Positions 23,101 to 33,900 of a stretch of 64,000 nt of DNA are shown one piece after another. Made by a program: the position numbers and the translations under genes. Position 1 is the first letter of the stretch; each line of letters opens with the position of its first letter. The stretch spans positions 124,001-188,000 of the forward strand of contig QPMI01000524.1 in assembly GCA_004431415.1 (NCBI GenBank), read 5' to 3'. The DNA comes from Cyanophora paradoxa CCMP329 (lineage: Eukaryota > Plantae > Glaucophyta). Below the pieces are notes generated by a model that saw nothing but the letters and a program-made list of their open reading frames with translations, was not told the origin of the DNA and searched no databases.

Positions 23101-25040
23101 AGGCGCCCGTCGTTCTCACGAAGTGGCCGGCCGGGGCGCAGGAGCGGGCGGCCCTTCTCAGGCAGGCGACGGGGGCGAGCCCCTGGGAGCTCGCCCGCGC
23201 CGCCCCGGCCCTCCGCCTCGACCCCGCCGACGCCCTCGCGCGGTGCCACCCTCCCCCGCCTTCCTTCGCCTGCGGCTGCTCCTGACACCGGTGAAGGCTC
23301 CTGCTCGTGGTGCACCGCTGGGGTGACGGGTTCCCCCCCGCCGCGGCCGCCCTTGCCGCGCTCGGCGCCCCCCACGACGCGTTCGCGGAGTGCTTCGGAG
23401 AAGCGGACCGCTGGCGCGCCTTCTGCGGGCGGGCGGTCCGCGGGGCCGGCGGGGCGGCGGGCCTGGCGGCTGCCCTCGAGGCGCTGCGCGAGGGGCGGCC
23501 CTGGGCCCCCGCCCCGCGCCGCCTCTCCGCCCTGCGGTGCCCTCTGCTCGGTCGCTCGCGAGGGCCCCCTCCCCTTCTGACCCCTTAGCTCGCAGCGTCG
23601 CCGGCCTGACCCGCCCCGAGGCCGAGGCCGCCCTCTCCGCCCTCTCCCACCCCCCCGCCCCGCGCGAGATCGCCCTCCGGGTGGGCCGTACCCCTCCCCC
23701 AGCCGCGCGTTCGCGCCCGCTCTAAGGGGGGCGCCAGCTGGACGCGATGTACGAGGGGGGCATGGACGGGGCGGCGGCGCGGGGGCCCTCCTCGCGGCCC
23801 CGCGCCTCCTCTCGTTCCGCCCGGGCACGCTCCTCGCGCGGCTCGGGGCCCTGCGGGCGGCCGGCTGCGGCGCCCCGCCCTCGCCGCGGCCCCGCGGCTC
23901 CTCCTCCTCGACCCCGCGGCGGCGGCGGCTCGGGCCCTCCTCCTCGCGGAGCGCGGGGCGTACCCGGCACCGCGGGCCGCCTGCACGCCCTCCTGCGCCT
24001 CCCGACGCCGAGCTCGCGGGGCGCGCGGGGGGCGCCGGCGCCGCCGAGGCCCTCGCGGCGGCCGGGCGCTGCCCCTCGAGGAGGCCCTCGCGAGGCTCCA
24101 GCGCGCGCTGGGCGGCCGGCGGCTCGCTGCGGTGGCGGCGGCGGGCGGCGAGGGGGAGGCGGGTGGGCGGGGCGCGCGTGCGGCGGCCCTCTCGGCGGCG
24201 CGGCCCGAGGTGGCGGCCGAGCTCGACGCGGAGCTCAACGGCGGCCTCGGCGCAGACGCCGTCGCCGCCGCCTCCCACCGCAAGCTCTGGTGCCCGCCCT
24301 CGCCCCCCTCCGCTCCGCTCCGCGCCGCGCCGCGCCGCTCTGACGGGGCGCGAGGTGGCGCTGCCGCGGGAGGACTGCCGCCACGCGTGGGAGGCGCGCG
24401 TGGCGGACCGCACGCGGGCGCGCGGGGCGACGCGCTGCCCCGCCTGCCGGCGGCGCGCGGCGGGGCGCGGGGGCGGCCCCCGCGCGGCCCCTCGCCTCGG
24501 AGCGGCCCGAGGTGGCGGCGGAGCTGGCGCCCGACCTCAACGGCGGCCTCAGCGCCGACGCCGTCGCGTTCCGCTCGAAGCGCAAGCTCTGGTGGCGCTG
24601 CCCCGCCTCGCCTGCCGCCACGCCTGGCAGGCCCGCGTCGCCGACCGCACGCGCCCGGGGCGCCCCACGGCTGCCCCGAGTGCGCGCGTCGGGCGGCGCG
24701 CGCGGCAGCGGCGGAGACTCGTTCCCTAGCCGCCCGCTTCCCGGCGCTGGCCGCCCAGTGGGACGCCGCCCGCAACGGGGCCGAGGCGGGCGGCGTCTAC
24801 CCCTCGTCGGAGGCCAAGGCCTGGTGCGCGAGCGCCGCGGCGCCGGCCGTGCGGGGCGCGCGACGACTCCGGATTGGCCCGGCGCACAGGTGGCGGTGCG
24901 GGGAGTTGGGGTGCGGGCACGCGTGGGAGGCGACGCCGCGGGCGAGGACGCGGCCGGCGCGGCCGTCCGGCTGCCCCGAGTGCGCCCGCCGCGCCCCGTC
25001 CGCCTCCGCCGCGCCGACTCCCACGTCGCCTTCACAATAA
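17199..25040 (+). CDS. mTERF-repeat protein with three C-terminal DUF4379-like zinc-ribbon domains (many exons; start uncertain; may be more than one gene)
   Basis: mTERF-type repeats include EGFGAEEIRRLVLQMPGVLL, VDYLATEGFEREQLLAVVRQNPGLL, GLSGAALSSVLVRSPQILKYSV and SLGIRPGDLAGLVRRAPSVL. The C-terminus has 3x (L/A)WWRC..C.HAW.A...RT....CP.C. TAA ends at 25040. Confidence 0.8.
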
Positions 25041-25430
25041 ATCCGACCCCCTCCGAACCCCCTGGCCCCGCCGGCCCCGGCGCGCGGCCTTCTCCTCCCA
25101 CCCTAACCCTTGCATTCCGGCGGCCGCGGTACCGGTCAACGTTAAACGTTGAGGCATGCCCTGGCGAGTCGTCATTCAGTGAGAGCGCGAGTAGTAGAAA
25201 TAGTGGGTATGTATAGGCGGCGGGAAGTCGGCCGCGGGCTGCCGCCGCGCGCAGCCTGCAGCTGGTGAAGTGTGCAACTGCAGCTATAGCTAATTATAAT
25301 TTATTAGTATTCGGCGAGATTTTTCGATGCACGGCGCCGGCATCGAGGAATTCGAAGCATGCACGATATCCAACGTTAACGTTAACGCCCGCCCGCCCGC
25401 GCGCAGTATACGTACCGGTCGAGCGGCCCT

Positions 25431-25575
25431 TGTTGCCACTCCACTACGTACCCTTTTGCACCACGTAGCAGAATCGAGTTGGACGGGCCTATTACATGAT
25501 TGCCGGGGCCCCGTGCCCAAATCCGCTTTGGGCACGTCGGGGCTAGGGCGCGTCGTGCCCAAAGGCTTGGGCACG
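25431..25575 (+). repeat. Left TIR, 145 bp
   Basis: TGTTGCCACTCCACTACG...GGCTTGGGCACG is the exact reverse complement of 30678-30822. Confidence 0.97.
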
Positions 25576-25625
25576 TAAGCTTTGTGTTGGGCACGACAGG
25601 TGTTAGAGCCCAGACAGCTGCAGCG

Positions 25626-28133
25626 ATGTTGGGCCTGTCGCCGGAGGAGATTCAGGCGGCCGGCCAATTTCTGCAGTTCTGCGTCTTCTGCAGCTTCGCG
25701 CTACAGACAGCTGTGCTCGCGGGTCGCGCGTGGTGCGGCCGCAAGTGTACCTGCCACATCGAGCAGCTGATCTCGTCGTTCTCGAGCTGCGACTGCGATC
25801 ACAAGGAGGGCCACCGCGGCCATTGTCCTGGCGGGCATCTTGCTAGATCTCTCTTAGATCAGCTCCAGCAGGCACGCGCGGGGCCTTCGAGCAGTTCAAG
25901 CAATGGTGGCGGGAACAGCACGGCAGCAGCTGGCCCGCCGCCTGGCGCGTATGTCGTCCCTCCGGAGCAGCGTAGGGCACCAACTGCTGCGACCCAGCGG
26001 CAATCGGACGGCTCGGACGGCGGCGCAGCGCCCAGCGAGGAAACGACCAGCACGCGGCACACCGTGCGCTGGACGTACGAAGAGTTCATAAAGGCGTGCA
26101 ACGAATTAGCGCCATTCCGGAAGCACAAGGACATGCAGGACGAGCAGGGAATCCCAACGCGGAGCGCGCACTCGACGAGACGGAACGCTACAACGCGCTG
26201 GTCTGGGAGCGGGACATGAAGGCAGCCGGGGACGCGAACGACAAGGAGGCGATCAAGCGGCTGAACGCGTCGAAGCCAGTCGTGCGTGCGCGCGTCCAGA
26301 GGAAGGACCTGGAGGCGCCAGCGGATCCGAACAAGAGCGACGAGCAGAACCAGAAGGCTGCGGAGGGGAGGGCAAGAAGAGTAACGATCAGCGGATCAAG
26401 AACCGCACCGGCAACTACGTTCTAGTCGAGCAGCCAAACCCGCGCGACCCGAACGGACCCGCGGTGTATGTCATGCAGGAAGTGCAGGTGGCCAAGAAGC
26501 GCCAGAAGAACAACACTGGAGCGGTGGCGGCGACGGCCCTACTCAAGTGCGTATCTTGCCGAAGGACGCCCGCGAGGTCTTCGAAATCCTGTCGGTAAGG
26601 ACGTGTCCAAACATCGTGCCCAATCGTGCTCAAACCGTGCCCGGAGCACGACGTGACGACGCGCGCGCAGGAGTACCATAACGCGGCGCACGAGGCTGCG
26701 TACACCGTCAAGGGCAAGGTTTCGCGCGTCTATGCCATCAAAGACAAGTTCGTCGAGTACTTCTGCAAGGTGCTCGCTGCAGCTGCCCGCGCGGGGACCC
26801 TGAGCAAGACTGACACCCGTACGCAGCGCTGCCCGTACTGTGCCATCAACAGGGCGGTCGAGCTCGCTGCGAAGCTCGCGGGCATGAAGCCTATCGTCGC
26901 AAAGTCCGCCTGGTCTCGCGTCGTCATCGACCATGCCCGTCGTGCAGGATGCGGGAATCACTGTCGATGTCGGCACGGACGAAGATGTTGAGGCTGCAGC
27001 TGCCCGGGACAGCTGGGTGCCCACCGACAAGCAGCAGATCCTCTGGGACAAGTATGTGAAGGACATGGAGGAGGAGGAATCTAAGGAATCGGAGCAGTAC
27101 TTGGACTCCGCAGAGCGCCATCTCAAAGGCGGCTTCCGTCGTGGCACCATCGAGGGGATGCCGATCGCTTTCATGGTTCGCTATGTCCTGTTTACGTTAA
27201 TCGCTGTCGGCACTGACATTGTTCCCGCAGAAGGAGCACGAGAAGTACAAGGCTTACGTAGGGGTCCTGAACGATCGTCTCTCGGCGTACAGGAACAGGA
27301 TGATTGACTTCGCCCGCAAGAGAGCCGGGGAGATCGCCAACCTTGCAGTCGGCGACGTGCGTCTCTGTCATGCCCAAACCCCATGCTCCGACGTGCCCAA
27401 ATCATACTCAAACGTGCCCCGCGAGGCACGTTTGGGTATGGTTTTGAGCACCATTTGGACACGACAATGGAGCTCACGTTGGGCGCGCAGCTGGTATCCA
27501 TCAGCGTGAAGGACTGCGATCCGCGTGCCCTGGACGAGGCCCGCATGCCCGCAATGGTGCACGCGGTCATTGCTGCGGTCGGCACGGGCTTCAACAAGTA
27601 CATCCTCAAGACTGCTGCCGGTATAGTCCAGCGCAACGATGACGACTCTCAGCCCCGCCTCTTCCAGGCCGACGAAGTGTGCTCTATGCGGCATCCTGCC
27701 CCTCCAGGCGAGACCGGCGGCTTTGCCGGGTTCAAGCATCTCATCGAGAGCATCACCGCCGCCAGCACCGAACCTGTAACCCTCAGGTCCGTCTTCCTCC
27801 AGCATTCTTTCTCAGCGCTCTGACTGCCATGTCTTGCCTGGCAGAAAAGCGTTTTTTGACTGGTGCGCCATCGAAATCGACAGGCCGAGCAAGATCTGCA
27901 ACTGCACGACTGGCTGCACGAACAAGAAGTGCATTTGCAAGTACGAAGACATCATCTGCTCGTCAAAGTGCCACAAGAAGTCGGGGAGGGACGCGTGCAA
28001 GAACCGCTCTTGCATCCAGAAACCTTGGAAGAAAGTACAGAAGAGCGCCGAGAAGGAGGCCGCTGCCGCGGCAGAGGCCGCGGCTGGCCCCGCCGAGCCT
28101 GAGGCTGAGGCGGGCCCCTCTAATGCCAAGTAG
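25626..28133 (+). pseudogene. Ginger2/TDD (KRBA2/SCAND3-like) transposase with the DDE core deleted
   Basis: HHCC zinc finger YHNAAH..KVSRVYAI..YFCK/RCPYC, then KPIVAKSAWSRVVID (first catalytic Asp), then an abrupt break. Post-core region LAVGD..VSISVKDCDPRALD..KYILKTAAGIV. C-terminal CNCTTGCTNKKCICKYEDIICSSKCH..CKN. Apparent frameshifts at ~26155 and ~26410. Confidence 0.85.
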
Positions 28134-28784
28134 TGCAGCCAGTTTACGATCGATTTTGGAATAGCCTTTCGTTGTGAAAGAGTTTCCGAGTCGTGCCCTC
28201 CTTGAGCATGTCCGAACTTCGTCTGGGCACGTACTTGGGCACGATTGGGCATGACGTGGGCATGAGCAAGTAGCAGAAACCGGTAAAGAGGGAGCGAACT
28301 ATGAAGCTTCATGAATACGAGTTAAACAAGGCTTCAGCATTCTCAAATTCAACTTGTGCGGCCTCTCGGACGGGTCAGAACTGCTTCAGGTCTTCGAGGC
28401 CTCATCATGAGTTCATGACCCTTGGCTTCAAATCATGATGCGAGTCCGATGGTCAGACTTCTGAGCGACGCGGAACATGTCATGCTGAAGTTCTTCGCAT
28501 CGCCTTTCTTCATCAAAACGTTGTAAAATATCAATACTGTTAAGTTCACATGGCAAATGTGCAGTTCAATGCGTAATCGTGCTCCGCGACGTCAATCACT
28601 GCTAAATTCAGGATCAAGTCGGTTTGGGCATGACGGGGCACATTTGGGCATGTTTGGGCACGAGGCGGGCACGACCAGTGCACGACCCAATTCTAAGGAA
28701 GATACGCTGCAAAAACCCTAATAGAGCAACACTATCAATGCTAGTAGAGCTACTAGGACTGCTACTAGGAGATAGACACTGGAT

Positions 28785-30639
28785 CTACTTTGCCGCCGCC
28801 GCCTTTTTTTGGGCCGCAGCTAGCTTTGCGGTGTCCTGAATGAGCTGCTTGATCCCGTACACCCCTAGGCAGCCCGACGGCGGATCGCCGTGCTTGTCGC
28901 ACTTGGGGAAGATGTGGCCCTGCTTGTATGTGCTCTTGGACTTGACCGTCTCCCGTATGCACAGGAAGTACTTGAACTGGGATTCGCTAAGAAATGAAAG
29001 GAGAGATAAGAGGAGCAGTGCTCTCACCGACGGAGGTGTTTTCTTGGAGTTGAGCACCTTGGAATCCGCGTGCTCGGCATCGAACTCGCACTCGAGCGTC
29101 GTGATCTCTGCCCCCTGAACGACAGGGGCATATGCCCAGTCGTCCTCATACCCATCCAAGCTGACCGTCCAGCAGATGAAGAGAGACTGCGTGGTGCCGC
29201 GGAATCGTCGACCAGGTCGACGGGGCCCCGTACCGGCCGGTGTACACGTCGATCATGTACAGAATGTCGCCCTCTGGGCTCCGGCTTGCCGCAAGGCTGG
29301 GACGATCTCTACAGGGGGAACCGATCCGCCACGTTTTTCTGCGTCTGACATGTCAGTTGGGCAGAAAGAAGGCACGGCGGACCGAAGAAAGCACCTGTAG
29401 GGTCCATCGTGTTGAAGTCGTAGTGCCTCCCTTCTCTCGCCTGCAACAGCGACGCTCCGGAATCAGATTTCGTCGGGAGAACCATGGGGCACGTTGGGGC
29501 ACGATTGGGGCACGTTTGGGCACGCGAGTGCAGCACGACCAAGGACGCGACATGCCAAATAGTACCCAGACCGTGCCCAAGCACGGGAACGCACGGGGAG
29601 CCTGAGTGCTGGCTTCGTCGTCGCGCGAGGGCGCATGCTTGGGCCCCCTGTGCGAAGATTGCTCCTGAGCCTTGCCTGAGTGCTCCGGGTCCTTTCCTTC
29701 GCCGCCTTCTTCTCCGGCCAGATGCTGCCTTCAGTGAACGTCAGGTGGGGGAGAGATGCACACGTTGGACGGCGCGGGCAGCCACCTTCGACGACGACGA
29801 CGCGACGTGTGCTCCTTCACGCTCGCTGCCCTGGGCTTCTTCGACAGTTGCGGTTCAATCTCTGTCTCCAGCTCTTCCTCAGTGTCCTTCGGCGCGGCAT
29901 CCTCTTCTTCTTCTTCTTCTTCTTCTTCACTGAGTCCTCTGCGTTCTGCCACCGTAGCCTGCGCCGGGTTTGCATGAGTGTCTGGAATGTGACAGCGGGC
30001 GTGGGGCGCCTCGAGCACGTCCTCATGAAAGCTCACCGATTTCTCAGCACGTGGTGCCCCATTACGTGCCCCAGCCGTGCCCGACGACTGTGGACGTGCC
30101 CGCGTCGTGCCCAAATGTGCCCGCGCCGTGCCCAAACGTGCTCCGGTCACGGCGGCCTCCGCCGCGTTCTCGTCCTCCGGCTCCTCGTGCTTCCGCGCCC
30201 GGTTCGTCTTCTCCGCAGCGGCCTTCTTCTCCGCTGGCGCCTTCTTGGTCGCCGCCGGCGCGACGATGAGGGTAACGGGCCCTCCCTCGACCACCACGGC
30301 GAACTCCTGCGCATGCCCGAGTCCAGATCAGTCGATCGGCGTTGCTTGCACGCGGCAGTACGACTCGCACGTCATGATAGAGTCGCACAGTAGCTCCCCG
30401 CCAGCACTGCCAGAAGCGCAGCTGATCTATCTGCTGTATCTCCGGACGAAGAAGCTTCCTGTCTACCAGCTTCCTGATATGGGCTCCGCGACGGTATGAG
30501 CGGTGCTGGACCATGTTGCCCATCGTCGGCAAGCACTCCGCTGGATTGCAACTTCGCTATGCAAGTACACACAGAACGACCACATAGTTGGAGCCTGCAC
30601 GCCCCCGCCTGCCGCGCTGCCAGGCTGCTCTCCCGCCAT
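28785..30639 (-). CDS. Spliced cargo gene of unknown function inside the transposon (5' structure uncertain)
   Basis: Exons with GT-AG borders: EFAVVVEGGPVTLIVAPAATKK.., an acidic EEEE tract, HYDFNTMDPT/EKTWRIGSPCRD..ILYMIDVYTGR/LDGYEDDWAYAPVV..KTPPS/ESQFKYFLCIRE..GHIFPKCDKHGD..CLGVYGIKQLIQD..AK*. Confidence 0.6.
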
Positions 30640-30677
30640 CGCGGGGCACGACTTGGGCACGACGCTGCTCTACCCGC

Positions 30678-30822
30678 CGTGCCCAAGCCTTTGGGCACGA
30701 CGCGCCCTAGCCCCGACGTGCCCAAAGCGGATTTGGGCACGGGGCCCCGGCAATCATGTAATAGGCCCGTCCAACTCGATTCTGCTACGTGGTGCAAAAG
30801 GGTACGTAGTGGAGTGGCAACA
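30678..30822 (-). repeat. Right TIR, 145 bp
   Basis: Exact reverse complement of 25431-25575, followed by TSD GCCCT. Confidence 0.97.
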
Positions 30823-30984
30823 GCCCTCTTCGAAATTTGACGTGTGTACCCCCCGAATCAGGCATGACGGCATGCCGCATGCGCACTGGCCGGCCCCGCG
30901 GCCGAGCGTGCAAATGCGCACGTTTCATATAGCTGCTGCTAGGCTGTGCTCGGATTTGGTCTAGCGGCTTGCGGCGATGCCATC

Positions 30985-33900
30985 ATGAGGTCCTCCGAGC
31001 CGACGTTTGAAGAGCCACGCGCCGGGCCTGTCCCCGTGCTGTATGTGAGGTGAGCCTGTCACGCCATGCGCCAGCTCGTGTTTAGCTCGCACCGTCGCGC
31101 TCTGGGCGAGCGGCATGCGCAGATGCCAAAGACCTCATGCATATGATCATGATCAGCTGCAGTCGACGTCAACCGGCAGTCGTGGCTCGCCGCCTTCCTC
31201 TGCAGAACCGGAGGAACCGCCTCGGACGCTTCTGGACAATCGGGGGAGCGTCTGGGAGCTCGTGGATCGCTTTCGGCGCGAATCGGACGGCTGTGTTGTC
31301 TTCGCCTGCGACGTGGGCCGGCAGTACCGGTGCGTCCAGCCCGCGCAGCTTCGCAGCTCTCCCTTCCTCGCTCCTCCTGTGATCGGGCGTCCGCATTCCG
31401 TGCCGGGGCCGCCGGCGGCTGTCAGCCTTTGGATTTCGGAGCAGCCGGCGCCGCCGGGGCGTGCTGGCGATGCGGTCGAGCTCCTCGTCGCTGGCCTTCG
31501 CGCCAGTGCGCCCGTCCTTCGCGATCCGAAGCGCGGCTGCCCGCCGAGGGCCGCCGCGAGCGCAGGCGCGCCAGGGCTGGCCGCCCGTGCCTGCGCACCG
31601 CAGCCGCTGCTCCGCTTTGATCCCAACTCGCCCTATCGCGTGAGTGCCTCGCGGCGGCGCCCCGCCCTCGGCCTCGAACGGTCGGGCGAGCGGTTCCTCC
31701 TCAGACGGAGCGGCACTTGGGCCTCGCGGTCGACTCCCTCGCCCTCCGCTTCTGCCCCAACGGCCTCTCCGACCCCCCGTTCGGGTCCGCCCCGATCCGC
31801 CCGATCCGGATCGGGCAGCGCGGCCGGTTGACTTGGCGCTGAGACGCGCGCGCAGGTTCCGGTGCTGCAGCGCCGGCCGCGGGCTCGGGTCCGGCAGGGA
31901 GGCGGGGTTCGAGGGGCCCTCCTTCGAGCTGCGCGTCACGTACCCCGCCACGCGCGCGGCGGTGTACGGCGTCCCCCTCGCCGCCGCCGTCCACTCGCGC
32001 CCCAAGAAGAAGGGGCCCCGGGACCCCCCGGAGGGCGGCGGCCTCCCCGCCGGCGCCTCCCCGCACGCATCCCCCGAGCCTCCATCCCCCGCCTGCCCGC
32101 CCCCTGCCCCTGCCCCCGCCCCCGCCCCCGCCCGCGTCCCATTCCGGCCCAAACGGCGACGCCTCGTCGCAAGCGATGCCGAGTGCGACGCCTGCGGCGA
32201 AACCATGGGGTACCGATCCCCGCCCCCCGAAACCCCTACCCCCACCCCATACCAACGCTTTCGGCGCAGCGATGACGACGCGTGCTCCCTGGCGGACCCC
32301 TTTTCTATTCTGTCGATCGGGGCGTCGACCTCAGATGCCGTCTCGCGGGGGTGCGCCTTCGCGTCGAGTGCCCGCCCGGGCCCCTGCCGCGCCCCCGCCC
32401 TGAAGCCCCACCAGGAGTCCCGGCGAGCCGAGGGCCCAGGCGCCGGCCGGTCCGCGAATCGTACCCCTGCACACGTCGTTCTGTCCTTCCCTCACCGAGC
32501 AGGGGTACAGGCACGCCTCACCAGTGGATTGACGACTCGGTCGTCAAGGTCCGCGCCGTACCCCCCGCCCCAGCGCTCAAGCCCCTACCCCGACTCAACC
32601 CCCCCCCCCCCCATCAACTTCCCCTACCTGACCTGACGTGACGCAGAGTCTCGAGACAATGTTCGTCGTTTCACAGCAGGCGTCGCGCCTCGCCTCCGGC
32701 AGGTGCCTTTGCCCTCCCCCTTCCACACCGTCTTTCCCTGCTCCCCCGCCCCCCTCCCCCCCCCGCCCCCCTCCCCGCAAAACATCCCATTCGCCCCTCA
32801 ATAAGAACAACCTCCTCTCTCCTCTCTCCCCAACCGCCCCTTCCCCCCCCCTCCCCCCCCCGACGCTTTCCCAAGGCCGCGGGGACTGTTTGCGGAGGCG
32901 GACGGCCTCGTCCAGCGGGTACGAGCTGTCTTCGCCGGAGCGGGTACAGAAACAGAGGGACCCCTCCCCCCAGACAAGGTCCACTCCGCCCCCTCCCCCT
33001 GCCGGCCCCATTCCCCACTTCCCGGCTTTCAGTGTTCTGCGTCCTGAAAGCTCGGGCAGATTGTACCCCTCCACGGCGATCCGGCGGAGGCCGTCAGGCA
33101 AATCGAGGAGCTCCTCTGCGCTACCCCCCTCCGCTCCCTGTCGGGGGTAGGCCCACGTGCTGTGGCGAGGCAGCCGTGGCTGAGCGGCGGGTGGCCGCAG
33201 ACGGAGGAACCCGGGGGGGCGGGGGGGGCGGGGGACGAGACCTACGGATTCGTACCCCCGGACGAGGAGGAGCCGAGCCCCCCGGGGGCGCACGCGTACG
33301 CCGGCGAAGAAGAGCGGACGGCCGCCGACGCGCGCCTGGAAGGGGTACGGCCTGCTGCCCTCACGCTGCTGGACCACGGCGGCGCCTCTGACGCCGCTGT
33401 GGCGCCGGCAGCTCGTGGCGGGAACGGTGGCCGGCAGCGCGCAGGCCGCCGACTTTCTCTTGCATGCGCTGGGTGCGAGGCCCCGGACACCCCCCCCCCC
33501 CCCCCCCCCCCTTCCCGCCTTCCGATCCCCTTCCTCCTCCCCCCTCCCCCCCACCCCCACCCCACCCCTACCGCCCACTCCTCACCCACCCCTTCTCCCT
33601 CCTAACTCGTCTTCCGCGCTCGCCAGGATCCGAACCCGTGCTCGATTCGTACCTCTTCCGTACCCCCGCGGCATGAAGCAGGCGCGGCCCACGCCGGCCG
33701 GCCGGCCCCTCGGGCTAAGTACCCCGGGGGCGCCGCGATCAGATGCGGGAGGCGTTCCGGGCGGTGCGGGCGGGCGCCGGCTCGACGGGCCCCGAGCGGG
33801 CGGCCATCGCCGGCCTCCTCGCCTCCGCCCACGCCGGGTGCGACCTAGCTTCCCCTTGCTCCATCTTTGGCTTGGGCTCCCCCCTTCCCGAGCTTCTTTC

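Larger units (their letters stand above)
25431..30822. mobile_element. Ginger2/TDD-type DNA transposon, non-autonomous derivative, 5392 bp
   Basis: Perfect 145-bp TIRs with TGT...ACA ends and a 5-bp TSD GCCCT (25426-25430, 30823-30827). Internal integrase-like transposase remnant. Confidence 0.92.

Noticed and set aside
25098-25112. CCCTAACCCT telomere-like motif
   Set aside because: Fewer than two units, in a 3' flank; consistent with chance.
25431-30822. Tn7-like element, LTR retrotransposon or Polinton (TG..CA ends, 5-bp TSD, integrase-like HHCC)
   Set aside because: The terminal repeats are inverted rather than direct. There is no RT, gag, TnsABC or pPolB, the genes have spliceosomal introns, and the C-terminal Cys motif fits Ginger2/TDD.
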